This document shows positions 38,384 to 46,042 of a stretch of DNA of 64,000 nucleotides, in pieces (positions within the stretch are counted from its first letter, which is position 1; each line of letters starts with the position of its first letter). The notes below the pieces were generated by a model. It was not told the origin of the DNA, ran no database searches, and worked only from the letters and a program-made list of their open reading frames with translations. The DNA comes from a virus. Taxonomy: Duplodnaviria > Heunggongvirae > Uroviricota > Caudoviricetes. The stretch lies in IMG/VR virus record IMGVR_UViG_3300020156_000001, positions 170,321 through 234,320 of that record, one strand, 5' to 3'. The translations under genes were made by a program, and so were the position numbers.

Positions 38384-38563
38384 GGGGGCGAAGTAGGATC
38401 GACTGGGCGACGAACGGTGCGAGTAGGTTTCCGGCATGATACCGCCGTTATCGGGTCGAAAAAAGTAAATGCAAACGATAACTCCGTTGCATCCCAGCCG
38501 GTAGCTCTCGCTGCCTAAGTTGGATGAGCTTTAGTGGATACGCTTGGAAACAGGACCACTCTT
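38384..38563 (+). ncRNA. ssrA: two-piece (permuted) tmRNA, 5' coding piece with tag reading frame ANDNSVASQPVALAA*
   Basis: 5' end GGGGGCGAAGUAGGAUCGACUGGG closely matches canonical tmRNA 5' ends. GGGGGCG pairs with the upstream CGCCUCC, including a G3·U wobble. Tag ORF GCA AAC GAT AAC TCC GTT GCA TCC CAG CCG GTA GCT CTC GCT GCC TAA at 38471..38518. Confidence 0.85.
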
Positions 38564-38588
38564 AAAACCGGCTTCGGCCGGTTTTTTG
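38564..38588 (+). terminator. intrinsic terminator (CCGGC-UUCG-GCCGG + U6)
   Basis: GC hairpin followed by TTTTTT. Confidence 0.8.
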
Positions 38589-38607
38589 CTGACTACAAAG
38601 GTGTTTA

Positions 38608-38850
38608 ATGTCTCGTATCACTTATACTGACTACCACGCACGTGGTTTTTACTTGACTTGGTACGTTGTGTTATTAGGGTCGGACGCTTACTTCTATGAG
38701 TACGAAGTGGCCGAAAGCATATGGGACCACTTAAATACGCAAACAACGGATGATTGGTGTGTTTGCACTAGGCTTGATGTCTGTCTCAGCACATACATCA
38801 GCTTTAAAAATAAGCATGATGCATTGGTGTTTAAGCTGGCGTATGGTTAA
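38608..38850 (+). CDS. LFKLRW-family small protein F (80 aa)
   Basis: C-terminus KHDALVFKLAYG. Confidence 0.5.
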   Translation: MSRITYTDYHARGFYLTWYVVLLGSDAYFYEYEVAESIWDHLNTQTTDDWCVCTRLDVCLSTYISFKNKHDALVFKLAYG

Positions 38851-38912
38851 CTCTTGGCTTGAAACTCCAGTTCGTTCCTGTTAAATCCCACGTGTAGGGC
38901 ATAGAGGACAAA

Positions 38913-39872
38913 ATGGTATTCAGACCAAATGAACTCAAGTTTACAGACTTGATGGCTGCCACACCCCATGGTACTTTGGTGGTGAATTCCCAAGGGCAAA
39001 TCGTTTTCTCAAACCATCAGGTTCACAACCTGTTTGGCTTTACTGAAGCAGAACTTCATGAGCAAAACGTAGACATACTGGTACCCAATGCCGCGCGTGG
39101 CTTCCACCACAATAATCGGAACACATATAATGCGGCTCCGCATCCACGAAGCTTTCCTGCGTCTGCAGGGCTGCATGGACAGCACAAGGATGGATCGCTG
39201 ATTCCCGTAGAGATCAGCTTGACGCCATTTGAAACAACTGCTGGAAAATTTACCCTAGTCAACATTATCGACATTACTGCCCGTAAAAAGGCAGAAGATA
39301 TGCGCGAAGTGTTGATCAAGGAACTAAACCATCGCGTAAAGAACAACATGGCTGTGGTAACTTCAATTGCCACGATGACACGCAAGTACACGGACAATAT
39401 CGACGACTTCTTTCTCGCTTACTCTGGCCGTATGAACGCGTTGAGTGCGGCGCATGATCTTGTGGCTTCCATGTTTTGGGATGACACTGATGCAAAAAGC
39501 TTGATTGTCAACGTGTTACGACCATTCCATCAAGCCGAACGTTTTCATATCTCTGGTGGTTATGCTAGAGTTCCTGCGAGTTCGGCAGCCACACTTGCTA
39601 TTGTTTTTCATGAACTTGCCACAAACGCTCTAAAGTACGGTTCATTACGAAGTGCCGAAGGACGTGTTGACATTTCATGGGAATTCAACAATAACAATGG
39701 AGTGGAATTCAATTGGATTGAAACTGGAGGGAATCCAATTGAACGTCCTACCAAGCGGGGGTTTGGTACGACAATGATTGAACGTACCATTACCAAAAAT
39801 TTCGGCGGCACCATCGACATGGATTATCGTCCAGAGGGGTTGCATTGTAAAATCGTTACTGAAAGGCTCTAA
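38913..39872 (+). CDS. PAS-domain sensor histidine kinase, HWE / HisKA_2 family
   Basis: N-terminal PAS (VVNSQGQIVFSN). ELNHRVKNNMAVV phospho-acceptor box. HELATNALKYG ... ISWEF ... NWIETGGNPIE gives the H, W and E residues of HWE kinases. Confidence 0.8.
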   Translation: MVFRPNELKFTDLMAATPHGTLVVNSQGQIVFSNHQVHNLFGFTEAELHEQNVDILVPNAARGFHHNNRNTYNAAPHPRSFPASAGLHGQHKDGSLIPVEISLTPFETTAGKFTLVNIIDITARKKAEDMREVLIKELNHRVKNNMAVVTSIATMTRKYTDNIDDFFLAYSGRMNALSAAHDLVASMFWDDTDAKSLIVNVLRPFHQAERFHISGGYARVPASSAATLAIVFHELATNALKYGSLRSAEGRVDISWEFNNNNGVEFNWIETGGNPIERPTKRGFGTTMIERTITKNFGGTIDMDYRPEGLHCKIVTERL

Positions 39873-39876
39873 ACTC

Positions 39877-40230
39877 ATGGCTAAGATCGTTGTTGTTGAG
39901 GATGAGTCTTTGATTCTTATGGTTGTGGTGGATCTTCTAGAAGAATTGGGGCATGAAGTGGTAGATTTTGTAAATGCGGAAACCGCGCTCAACTATATTG
40001 GCAAAGGCAATCAATTCGACATTCTCATGACGGACATGAATCTTCCAAAGATGAGTGGTCGTGAGCTTGCAGAGCAATTGCGGGAACTAACTCCGGATCT
40101 GCCCGTTATCTTTGCAACCGGTTATGTTATCGGCCGGGATGACCGCCTCAGCGCACCATTTTCCTGCGTAAGCAAACCCTATTGGTCTGATAATTTGAAA
40201 ACCGCCATAGGTGAGGTTTGGACAAAGTAA
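39877..40230 (+). CDS. single-domain response regulator (CheY-like receiver)
   Basis: KIVVVEDESLILMVVVD ... DILMTDMNLPKMSG ... PVIFATGY gives the receiver Asp pocket, the phospho-acceptor D in MTDMNLP, and the T/K positions. Starts 5 nt after the kinase stop. Confidence 0.8.
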   Translation: MAKIVVVEDESLILMVVVDLLEELGHEVVDFVNAETALNYIGKGNQFDILMTDMNLPKMSGRELAEQLRELTPDLPVIFATGYVIGRDDRLSAPFSCVSKPYWSDNLKTAIGEVWTK

Positions 40231-40517
40231 ATCACACCCAAGCTAATCGTAGAAACCAAATCCTCTCAACAGAGTTTCACGCTAATGGCTATAGGGCAAC
40301 TTGGCATTATCAGCCATGGGGTCCACTTCAACAGCCAATAGTTTTAGCTTCAGGTCCCGAAGACTATGATAGAAAGCGGCAGGAACAATTAGCCCTTAAT
40401 AAGTTCCTGCAGTTGGAAGCATTAGGCCGCTTCTTTGTTGACCGTACCAGTAGGCCTGGTTACTGGTTTGAGCATCCTCATGATGCTATGCTTTACAAGT
40501 TGCGCTTTCTAACGTAG
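40218..40517 (+). CDS. LFKLRW-family small protein G (99 aa)
   Basis: C-terminus PHDAMLYKLRFLT. Confidence 0.5.
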   Translation: MDKVNHTQANRRNQILSTEFHANGYRATWHYQPWGPLQQPIVLASGPEDYDRKRQEQLALNKFLQLEALGRFFVDRTSRPGYWFEHPHDAMLYKLRFLT

Positions 40518-40526
40518 TCTTGTGCT

Positions 40527-40760
40527 ATGACTGAACCATTGTCCACACTTGAATTTTCTAAACTTGTCGGCCAAGTCAAGTGGACTAAGGTTATGTTCAC
40601 GATGGAAGCTGACCTATCTCCTGCAGATTTCACTCGTGCATATGAGGAAGCTATCTTCTTCTGCACGTTTAACATCGATCAGCGGTGGTTTAAGATTCTG
40701 CGGGAATTCTATTTTGAAAATCCCGCAGAAGCAATGGTATTCAAGCTGAGATACAATTAG
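40527..40760 (+). CDS. LFKLRW-family small protein H (77 aa)
   Basis: C-terminus PAEAMVFKLRYN. Confidence 0.5.
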   Translation: MTEPLSTLEFSKLVGQVKWTKVMFTMEADLSPADFTRAYEEAIFFCTFNIDQRWFKILREFYFENPAEAMVFKLRYN

Positions 40761-41212
40761 CGCGGGATAAACTTGTCGCCGCTAAACACGTAGGACTGAC
40801 GAGCTTCAACTTCGTCTAGTATCTCGGGCCAGCCGAAAACTTCACCATACGAATAGTTTAGAACGATCGAGTCATCGATAACAAGAACCAGTCGCTCATC
40901 ATCGTTTCCGCGGACAAATACCAAACGCATACGGTCACGATCAAAGCCAGCCAACGCTAGGGTTTGCGCCATCATAAACGCAACTGCGCTGGTGCAGAAC
41001 ATATTCTCATTCAACAATTCCCACGCTGTAGGCCATGTTGTGCAATCGGACGCATCAAGCGCATAAGCACAAATTGGAGCTTTTGACCACCAGCGCAAAA
41101 CAGCTTCAAACTTTTCATCATCGCTCTTTGTCGTGATTTCATTGCGAAGTGCTCTCCAGGAAAGCAAACGCTCCTTCTCGGAAAGTAGAAATGGATTCAT
41201 AGTGATACCCAT
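40757..41212 (-). CDS. hypothetical protein (151 aa)
   Basis: Intact ORF downstream of the fibre genes. Confidence 0.45.
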   Translation of the reverse strand: MGITMNPFLLSEKERLLSWRALRNEITTKSDDEKFEAVLRWWSKAPICAYALDASDCTTWPTAWELLNENMFCTSAVAFMMAQTLALAGFDRDRMRLVFVRGNDDERLVLVIDDSIVLNYSYGEVFGWPEILDEVEARQSYVFSGDKFIPR

Positions 41213-41224
41213 GGGTTGTTGAAA

Positions 41225-42433
41225 TTAATACATGATACAAGCGAGCAAAGCACGGTTTATTGGGCGTGTCTCTGCGTCACCACTTGCGGCAATCGAAATT
41301 CCCGATGTTGCCTTATCAATAGTTATGCTGTGAGTATGTTCGCCACCAGTGCCTGTTGGAACAACGTTGTCATTGTTGAAAGCGGTGTGAATTTCAGCTT
41401 TACCGTTTTCCAATCGGTATGACACCAAGTTTGGACGGGTGTGAGTGTGGCCGGAACCTTGCGCACTTGCAATACCAGTATGAGTGTGACCGTTATCTGT
41501 AACAGTGTGACCGTGAGCCTTAACAGTGTCGGTTTGGAAACTTCCCAACGCACGACCCGGATCTGTTGGATATCCACCAGGAGCCCAGCCACGAACAAAC
41601 ATACCGCGTAGGTCTGGAAGATTGAATGTGGTAGAACCATCACCCGCGCCATACGTTGTGCCAATGCGGGAGAACAAACGCGCATAGTTGGTGCGACTTA
41701 CTGCGGCACCATTACATGTGAGAAAACCAGCCGGTGGATTCTCACAAGCAAAATACACAACCATACCCACAAAGTTCATGATGTCAACGAGGTTCTGGTA
41801 ACCCATGCTTAGTGGGCCTTCCATAACATCACCACTGCGGCTTACCTTTGTATTCAATGCGGCTTGCTGCGCTGTGGATACGGGCTTTTGCATATCGCTG
41901 GTATTATCGGCTTGACCAAGACCGACTTGCTCTTTGGTTACGGCATGTGGGTTATTGGAATCTGCAATGTGATTGTTGAGGTTGGTTTGAACATCCGCAA
42001 CATCATCAAGAATGTCAGTGAGGTCGGCTTGACTCGCATAGTAATATGGCGGCTGACCACCCAGTGTGGATGCATCAATAGCTTGGCCTGAACTCAAACG
42101 TTGATTCAAGAAGCCCAAGTTGACGGCATCTGCGTTTGCTGTTGGGGCACCAATATTGGTCAGCTTGAAGCCTTGCGCGTCTAGTGGTGCGTTGATCTTT
42201 GGTGCAGCCATCTCAACAAAGCGGTCTTCAATCTCTTCTTTATCCAAGAGGAGATTCCACTTATCCGGGCCATAATATTCAATTTTGTTGGTTGAAGTGT
42301 TCCAACGAACCATGCCCACTTCGGGCTGATCAGGGCGTTGAACATTTGTACCTGCGGGAACTGTAAGCGCACCAGTACCACGAACGCTGGAGACCTGGAG
42401 GTCCAAGTTTGACAAGTCAGTCGTCGAGCTCAT
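41225..42433 (-). CDS. tail fibre protein with tail-collar domain and HxH repeats
   Basis: CNGAAVSRTNYARLFSRIGTTYGAGDGSTTFNLPDLRGMFVRGW ... ETRPINRALLACIMY is collar-domain-like. GHTVTDNGHTHT ... GSGHTHT ... GEHTHS are HxH metal-binding motifs like T4 gp12/gp37. Confidence 0.75.
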   Translation of the reverse strand: MSSTTDLSNLDLQVSSVRGTGALTVPAGTNVQRPDQPEVGMVRWNTSTNKIEYYGPDKWNLLLDKEEIEDRFVEMAAPKINAPLDAQGFKLTNIGAPTANADAVNLGFLNQRLSSGQAIDASTLGGQPPYYYASQADLTDILDDVADVQTNLNNHIADSNNPHAVTKEQVGLGQADNTSDMQKPVSTAQQAALNTKVSRSGDVMEGPLSMGYQNLVDIMNFVGMVVYFACENPPAGFLTCNGAAVSRTNYARLFSRIGTTYGAGDGSTTFNLPDLRGMFVRGWAPGGYPTDPGRALGSFQTDTVKAHGHTVTDNGHTHTGIASAQGSGHTHTRPNLVSYRLENGKAEIHTAFNNDNVVPTGTGGEHTHSITIDKATSGISIAASGDAETRPINRALLACIMY

Positions 42434-43347
42434 TAAAATACCTCTTCGTTATGTGCCCAGCGAGAACCGGCAAATGTAATGCTTACGGGATAATAGGAAA
42501 CGTTGGTGCAAGTGAGCACTACCCAGTCTTCAACACCAATTGTTTCAATGTGACCGGACCAAACAATACGCATAAAGTTATCGGTGTTGGTGTCCTGGTT
42601 CAAATCAACACCAAGATCCATGATAGCTACGGAATATTGGTCCGCTGTGATATGAAGCGTGCCGGTGCGACGAACGTGCAAGTTGTTAATCATCTCGTCG
42701 GACTTCAAGGAGTAGTCCATGACAAAGCTATTGGACTGAGCCAATGGGTAGCGAACAACTTCATCGAGATTCAAAAACGTAACAATGTATTCGTCAGCCA
42801 TGTTGAACCCAGCTAGGCCCAAATCATCAAGATCAACTAGAATCGTGCTGTTGGGTGTGAACTGACTTGCTTTGTGTTTGACTGTGATTCCCTTATATGG
42901 AACGGCTTGAGAGTTACCATCGACGCCACGAATCAAAGTGGCCTTGCTCATTACACGACCACGCAAATCACCTGGCTCCGGACCATTACCAGACCAGCTC
43001 AACGGAATAACGCGGCCACCCGGAAAGTTATCAGGATCGCCCATATAAGCGAAACGGTAGCTGTTGGTATCATCTGCGCGTTGTGTGGCTGTGATACGAG
43101 TAAGTGGTCCCGTAGTTACAACGTGATCGTGCATGGTGTGAATAAGATCAAACTCAGTGATTAAGCGCACGTTTTGGTATGGGAAAATGGATCCACCGCG
43201 ATAGTTAATGCGCTGGAGATTTGGAGCACCGATAAAAACTTCACCAGTATCGGTAGTCATTGCGATTTCGCCTTCAGCAAGGGCTTGAGGCAAATTGTCC
43301 TTGGCACCGCGACGAACTTGGATACGGCTGATTTGGGTAACAGGCAT
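42433..43347 (-). CDS. putative tail/baseplate structural protein (304 aa)
   Basis: ATGA overlap with the fibre gene. Beta-rich composition. Confidence 0.5.
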   Translation of the reverse strand: MPVTQISRIQVRRGAKDNLPQALAEGEIAMTTDTGEVFIGAPNLQRINYRGGSIFPYQNVRLITEFDLIHTMHDHVVTTGPLTRITATQRADDTNSYRFAYMGDPDNFPGGRVIPLSWSGNGPEPGDLRGRVMSKATLIRGVDGNSQAVPYKGITVKHKASQFTPNSTILVDLDDLGLAGFNMADEYIVTFLNLDEVVRYPLAQSNSFVMDYSLKSDEMINNLHVRRTGTLHITADQYSVAIMDLGVDLNQDTNTDNFMRIVWSGHIETIGVEDWVVLTCTNVSYYPVSITFAGSRWAHNEEVF

Positions 43348-43387
43348 CGATCTACTCCTCTGTTTCCAATATTTATTGGAAAAGTAG

Positions 43388-43416
43388 TTGACGCACGCAT
43401 AGGCTTTTGCTATAAC
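43388..43416 (+). promoter_or_regulatory. sigma70-like promoter (TTGACG-17-TATAAC) upstream of the tRNA-like gene
   Basis: Near-consensus hexamers. The predicted transcription start coincides with the 5' end of the tRNA-like helix. Confidence 0.5.
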
Positions 43417-43423
43417 AGGATTG

Positions 43424-43527
43424 TGAGCAGATGGTATATGCCGGTGTGCCCCCAGTTAGTACAGCGAGAGCCCGTAGGGAGAGTGCTCGAAACCCGGGAG
43501 ATATGAGTTCGAATCTCATTCTGCTCA
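43424..43527 (+). tRNA. tRNA-like gene with no encoded CCA and an oversized body, possibly an intron-containing tRNA or tRNA-like element
   Basis: 8-10 bp terminal helix TGAGCAGA/TCTGCTCA. Canonical T-arm ATGAG-TTCGAAT-CTCAT. U8. Possible 6-bp/4-nt D-arm. About 30 nt more than a standard tRNA between the D-arm and the T-arm. Confidence 0.4.
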
Positions 43528-43603
43528 CACTGAAACGCCTAAACATGCGATTCCGAAAAAGCGATAGTGGTCTGTAGTACCACAAACGCCAAAGGAGAAA
43601 CAA

Positions 43604-43984
43604 ATGTTTTACGGTGCTTTCAACTCTGCAGAGGACGTATTTTCTAACTTCACCGTCTCTGACGATGATCGTAAGGATGTAAAGATTCTGTGGGCTTCTT
43701 ATGAGAACGAAAACTACGAAGGCTCTGCTGGAGTGGTGTTTCTCAAAGAAGGCAAGATATTTTCTGTGTACGGTGGGCACTGCTCATGTCACGGGCTGGA
43801 AGGTCAGTGGGAACCACAGGAAATAACTCTTGCAGAAATGCGGCATTATTTGGACAATAAGGCAACCCCTTATGGTACAGATTTTGGTGCTGCATACCAG
43901 CAGATTCTCATGCTGTTGGACAATGTGGATACTTCGGTACTCACGGATGACCAGATAGTAATGATGCTGCGCTTAATAGGCTAG
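43604..43984 (+). CDS. hypothetical protein (126 aa)
   Basis: AAAGGAGAAACAAATG start context. Confidence 0.5.
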   Translation: MFYGAFNSAEDVFSNFTVSDDDRKDVKILWASYENENYEGSAGVVFLKEGKIFSVYGGHCSCHGLEGQWEPQEITLAEMRHYLDNKATPYGTDFGAAYQQILMLLDNVDTSVLTDDQIVMMLRLIG

Positions 43985-44015
43985 GAGAAATCCTAGCCTA
44001 TTTCCATATCTGTGG

Positions 44016-44076
44016 TTGACACCTTCCTATGTTGTGCTAAATTCAGAACATAGGAACAAGCAAACGGAGATCGAAG
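44016..44076 (+). promoter_or_regulatory. conserved promoter/operator motif P1 (TTGACA ... TTCCTATGTT ... CAGAACATAGGAAC ... GGAGATCGAAG ATG)
   Basis: Near-identical modules occur at 57080..57139 and 57486..57540. Confidence 0.55.
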
Positions 44077-44325
44077 ATGGCAAACGTAACTTTCCAGTAT
44101 AATCCTTCTGACGAGCCTGATCTCACTGATGATGAGTACAAGGTATTCGTTGATGGTGTTGAAGTTCCCTTCGCCATCCAGGTCGGCGGTAAGAACGCCT
44201 TTATCGTCAACGAATATTCTCCCAAAGATGAAAGCTTTTGGATGAAGCAGCACAAGATTTGCCCTTCGCTGCTCGTTGCAAAGGCCAAGGCTGAGATCCT
44301 GGCTCTCGCATACGTTGCAAAGTGA
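44077..44325 (+). CDS. hypothetical small protein (82 aa)
   Basis: Follows motif P1. Confidence 0.55.
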   Translation: MANVTFQYNPSDEPDLTDDEYKVFVDGVEVPFAIQVGGKNAFIVNEYSPKDESFWMKQHKICPSLLVAKAKAEILALAYVAK

Positions 44326-44335
44326 GGAACCACTG

Positions 44336-44761
44336 ATGGTTGAGTATCAAAGCGTTCGCACGTTTGTCGAAAAGTTTAAGCGTGGAATCTACGTGGATCC
44401 ACGCAGAGAAGTTCAAATCGAAGCTGGTTGGTATGACTGGTTTTGCCGCGAAACTTCACTTGCCGGCAAGACCAAGTTCCTCGGCGCCAAGGTAGTTCAA
44501 TTAAGCCTCAGCCCGATGATCGATCGGGACAACATGTATGTGATGTTCAAGAACAACTGCCCAGGTCATGGCACGCTTTACGACTCGTTCTCATTCTGCG
44601 ATATGAAAACGAATGATGTAAAGTATTGGATCACTCCTGCAAACGGTCATTTTGGTTCACATTATCGGAAGCCAGAGGTTTACGGCTACAACGGCGGCCA
44701 GAATCCAAAGGACAACTATTTCGACAACTGGCGTGAAGTCAGACAGTTTTTTGGGGTTTAA
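44336..44761 (+). CDS. hypothetical protein (141 aa)
   Basis: ATG at 44336 with GAGGA upstream. Confidence 0.5.
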   Translation: MVEYQSVRTFVEKFKRGIYVDPRREVQIEAGWYDWFCRETSLAGKTKFLGAKVVQLSLSPMIDRDNMYVMFKNNCPGHGTLYDSFSFCDMKTNDVKYWITPANGHFGSHYRKPEVYGYNGGQNPKDNYFDNWREVRQFFGV

Positions 44762-44762
44762 C

Positions 44763-44987
44763 ATGGACAAGATAACGGAAAAGTACGGCATCGCTCCTAT
44801 GCAGAAATGGATAGCTGCGGATGGTTCTGGCCATATGGTACAGGTTCTTGATGTTGTGACGTTTGAGAACCAAAGCGACGTGGTCGTCCAGGATCTTCGC
44901 CAGCCGGAAAAGGAACCATATCGCATTGATGCCTTCAAATTGGCAAAGGTTCGCTATGAACTTTGGGAAGACATTCCTGGGAGATAG
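44763..44987 (+). CDS. hypothetical small protein (74 aa)
   Basis: ATG 2 nt after the upstream stop. Confidence 0.45.
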   Translation: MDKITEKYGIAPMQKWIAADGSGHMVQVLDVVTFENQSDVVVQDLRQPEKEPYRIDAFKLAKVRYELWEDIPGR

Positions 44988-44990
44988 CCG

Positions 44991-45194
44991 ATGTTTGCAG
45001 TTAACGATATCGTGTTGACAAAGAAACCTGAACATGATGGATGCCGTAGTCATCTAAAGGTGGTCGCAGTTGGTGAAACCACTGTTGATGTGGTCAACAA
45101 GAACATTTTGGGTGCGGCTAAACCATTTACACTGTTACAGGATGAAGTTATCCTGCGCTCAGAGTTTCAAAACTGGTATAAAAACCAAAACTAG
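44991..45194 (+). CDS. hypothetical small protein (67 aa)
   Basis: GGGAGATAGCCG ATG context. Confidence 0.45.
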   Translation: MFAVNDIVLTKKPEHDGCRSHLKVVAVGETTVDVVNKNILGAAKPFTLLQDEVILRSEFQNWYKNQN

Positions 45195-45282
45195 TTTGCC
45201 AGTTAACTAAACTTTTAGACAGTGGTTGTTGGTCTCCTTTGGCTCCACTAATATGAGTGGATTGCTAGAGGAGATCGAACCA

Positions 45283-45570
45283 ATGCAACCACTACTCGAA
45301 AGCCTGCCCAACGGTGCTGTCGTTTACGACCGCTTTGAAACCGAAGTTGAAGGAAAGCCAGCGGAAGTTCTGCTTTGCTTTGTTCCAGGCAACGCGATGA
45401 CGCCGTTTGCCGTATGGCATCGTTTCAAGTACAACGGCGGCGCACTATTCTGGGGCAAGTTCTGGCCCGGCGTCGAAAACGAAACTGCGCTCCATTACTT
45501 CAAGGACCTGCGCAATCAGCGCAAGGCAAAGCTGTCGGTGGTTCAGCAAGCTGAAGCGGCCGCCCAGTAA
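45283..45570 (+). CDS. hypothetical protein (95 aa)
   Basis: GGAGATCGAACCA ATG at 45283. A longer alternative start exists. Confidence 0.45.
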   Translation: MQPLLESLPNGAVVYDRFETEVEGKPAEVLLCFVPGNAMTPFAVWHRFKYNGGALFWGKFWPGVENETALHYFKDLRNQRKAKLSVVQQAEAAAQ

Positions 45571-45611
45571 CCAGAACTGGTTGACAATTTAGACTCCTGT
45601 GTTATCTTTGA

Positions 45612-45836
45612 ATGGACAACACAGGAGTTTTCGTTTTGGTTAAGGCCCTTTATGTAATATTGGTAACAGCGGCCAATGGGCAAAGTGCCATTACGCCGGC
45701 TCCCTTCAACGTTGAGTACCCCACATTCGCACATTGCGTGGCTGCGGCACGGCAACTCCAACGCATTGAACCCACCAAGCGCAATACTTATGAATGCGCC
45801 AATTACCGTGGTTACAAGCAGGGAGAGATCAAGTGA
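45612..45836 (+). CDS. small protein with N-terminal signal/TM segment (74 aa)
   Basis: Hydrophobic N-terminus VFVLVKALYVILVTAANG. Confidence 0.4.
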   Translation: MDNTGVFVLVKALYVILVTAANGQSAITPAPFNVEYPTFAHCVAAARQLQRIEPTKRNTYECANYRGYKQGEIK

Positions 45837-46042
45837 GCCAGTGGACTCCTCCATCAGCGGGTAACAAGTTTAAGTCAGGCGATATTGTGATCATCGGCAA
45901 CATGGCCAACCGCCAGTTTGAAGTTGATCATGTTGAATCCACCCGCGTGTTTCTCAAGAATCCAACAGGTCGCCGACTGCTTGATGTTTCGGCAGCCCAA
46001 CTTATGCTGTTAAGCGATTGGAAGCGTATCTATGGCAAGTGA
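45833..46042 (+). CDS. hypothetical small protein (69 aa, GTG start)
   Basis: GGGAGAGATCAA GTG context. Confidence 0.4.
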   Translation: MSQWTPPSAGNKFKSGDIVIIGNMANRQFEVDHVESTRVFLKNPTGRRLLDVSAAQLMLLSDWKRIYGK

